Shown here: positions 62,225-64,000 of the stretch, one piece after another
Numbering within the stretch: position 1 is the first letter of the stretch
Layout of the letters: every line of letters starts with the position of its first letter
Assembly (NCBI GenBank): GCA_965649825.1
Contig: OZ287697.1
Span: forward strand, 124,001 to 188,000
Length of the DNA: 64,000 bases
Origin: Penicillus capitatus
Lineage: Eukaryota; Plantae; Chlorophyta
Reading direction: 5' to 3'
Program-made: the position numbers and the translations under genes
The notes under the pieces: model-generated
What the model saw: the letters and a program-made list of their open reading frames with translations, nothing else
What the model was told of the DNA's origin: nothing
Databases searched by the model: none

Positions 62225-64000
62225 CGTTCAACGTAACAAGCGAGGCTGCGGCGTTGAGAAGATCTCGAAGAACACAACGACGTGTCAGGCACAGAAGCGC
62301 TTTAAAGTGTTTCGAGCACAGCGCCTCTGTCGCATCCGCCAGCCACAAAAATGGGGATGATGCGATTTGTAGAGGATCTCTGTCTCTAAGATCTTCTGCG
62401 TTTACATTCGTCTGTTCCCGAGAGAGCGATAACTGACTTCTTCGGTTTTAGCGCAGCGCGGATTTCGGATCTGAGAACTTTAAAAGAAGAACATGTAGAA
62501 TCACGATTGCTGCTAAGAATATCCCATCGACTGTTCTAGAGAAAACAATACGACAGACGCAGATACGCCAGAGCATGGTAGTAGTGGTGTAAGACCAGCG
62601 GCACTAATGGTAGGTACTCATAACTCGGGCTCGGCCTACTCCTAACACAAACAAACTTAGAGAAACCGAAGCCATTATCCGAATCAGAACAGTTCAGTTT
62701 TATCAAAGAAACTGGCTCCAAGGGAAGACGAGGTTTCCAATTCCTGAATACTATCTAATCAAATTGCATCTGGAAACGCTTTATTTGGAACGCCACATGG
62801 TGTCATGTTTCTGTCAATGGAGACAGCTGTTAGCTTCAAACTGTCTTACTATTTGGACAGCTGTTCCCTTCCGGTTTCCATCAGCGTCTACCTATATAAA
62901 CAGTCTCTTGTTACGCATTCTACTCTCTGTAATTCCGTTGTGTTTGTGGCAGTATACCTCGACGGCTTCTCGTCATGATTTATGCCATATTTATCTCATG
63001 CATAAAAAATGCCTCACCAACGTCACACGATTCATCATGAATCTGTGAAGATCGTTTGCTACTACTCTCCCGCTCTACCGCGTCTACGATGTCCTCGGGC
63101 CTAACGCGAAACCTTCTCTTGGTTGCGCGACACGCGAGAACGCCGAGGGGGAGAAGCAGAGGGGTCGTGCTCATCTTCGGAACGACTCATCTCACAAACG
63201 CAGCAGAAGTCTTGAGGTAAGATGATGATATGCGGGCAAGAATGGCGAAGACCTGCTCAGAGATGCAGCCAAGAGAGACAACTTGTTACAGCAACGATAG
63301 ACAGCAGAAGTTTTGAACGACAGACTAAATGATAGCAAACACAAATCTTAATGGAGATGCTGTGCGTCAGTAGTCGATGAGGTGGGAGAAACAAGAGGTG
63401 AAGGATCGCGAAACAAATGTTATACGAAAGATTGTTGGACTTCCCTTTTAATGTCCTCTAGTTCATTTTATTGCTTCAACTTAAATCATTCATTTCCACA
63501 ATGCAAAGCGAAAGACGTGTTATCTGTAAAGTCTTGGCTTTTATACTTTTCTATGGTTTGGACCAATAGGACAAAGTAGGAACACTCAGGAAGTTCAAGA
63601 GTGAGTTCCCGAGGAAAAAGTTCAAGAGTGACTTTGAAAAGTTCAGCATGACATTCTAAAAACTTTCGAAGAACTTCAATGTGAATTCCAAAAGAGTTCA
63701 CAGCCCTCGTCATCACGCCTTCCTCCCAGCAACCGGTTGGGGCAATGGTTCGTCGCTCGGCCAAAGGCAGAAACTCGACAAATGACAAACAAATGCTCAA
63801 GTTAGAATGCTGTCCCATCACCGTCAGGCCAGAGGTGGTGCCATTCTTTTACAGAATCGTCCGCCTCTTCACAAGTCTTCTGTCGACAGAAGTTCCAAAG
63901 TAAAATACACCGCCAATTTTTCATCAACAGGTATCCGATGAAAACCATCTCGATAGTGAAGGCACGTAACAATTGCCGATGACGCAGCAATTCTTCCACC

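Noticed and set aside
1-64000. CRISPR arrays, rRNA genes, telomeric arrays
   Set aside because: No regularly spaced repeats, rRNA signatures or TTTAGGG arrays seen.

Overview
Eukaryotic nuclear DNA from a plastid-bearing organism, most likely a green alga (inference from plastid fatty-acid synthase genes, NXD1, an OPR-RAP gene and very short 45-61 nt introns). Two very compact housekeeping blocks are present. The first (1-8.1 kb) holds fabD/MCAT, UBA3, KAS I, an OPR-RAP gene and a membrane protein. The second (50.7-57.1 kb) holds a P450, HDDC2, NXD1, an RH22-like helicase and a small conserved protein. Between them lies a ~42 kb repeat-rich island built from tandem and segmental duplications of a three-exon cytochrome P450 gene. 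The window has 9 near-full-length P450 copies (6 apparently intact, 3 disrupted) plus a decayed fragment. A P450-A / secreted Cys-rich protein / P450-B cassette occurs twice, and the secreted protein has a hypervariable exon. Mobile DNA includes a complete, very young Ty3/gypsy element inserted in a P450 first exon, with a candidate -1 frameshift between protease and RT. There is also a young TRIM sharing its unusual primer-binding site, a solo LTR nested in that TRIM, another solo LTR, two LINE remnants and a long inverted repeat. No rRNA, convincing tRNA or CRISPR array was found. Gene models were spliced by eye and no database search was run.
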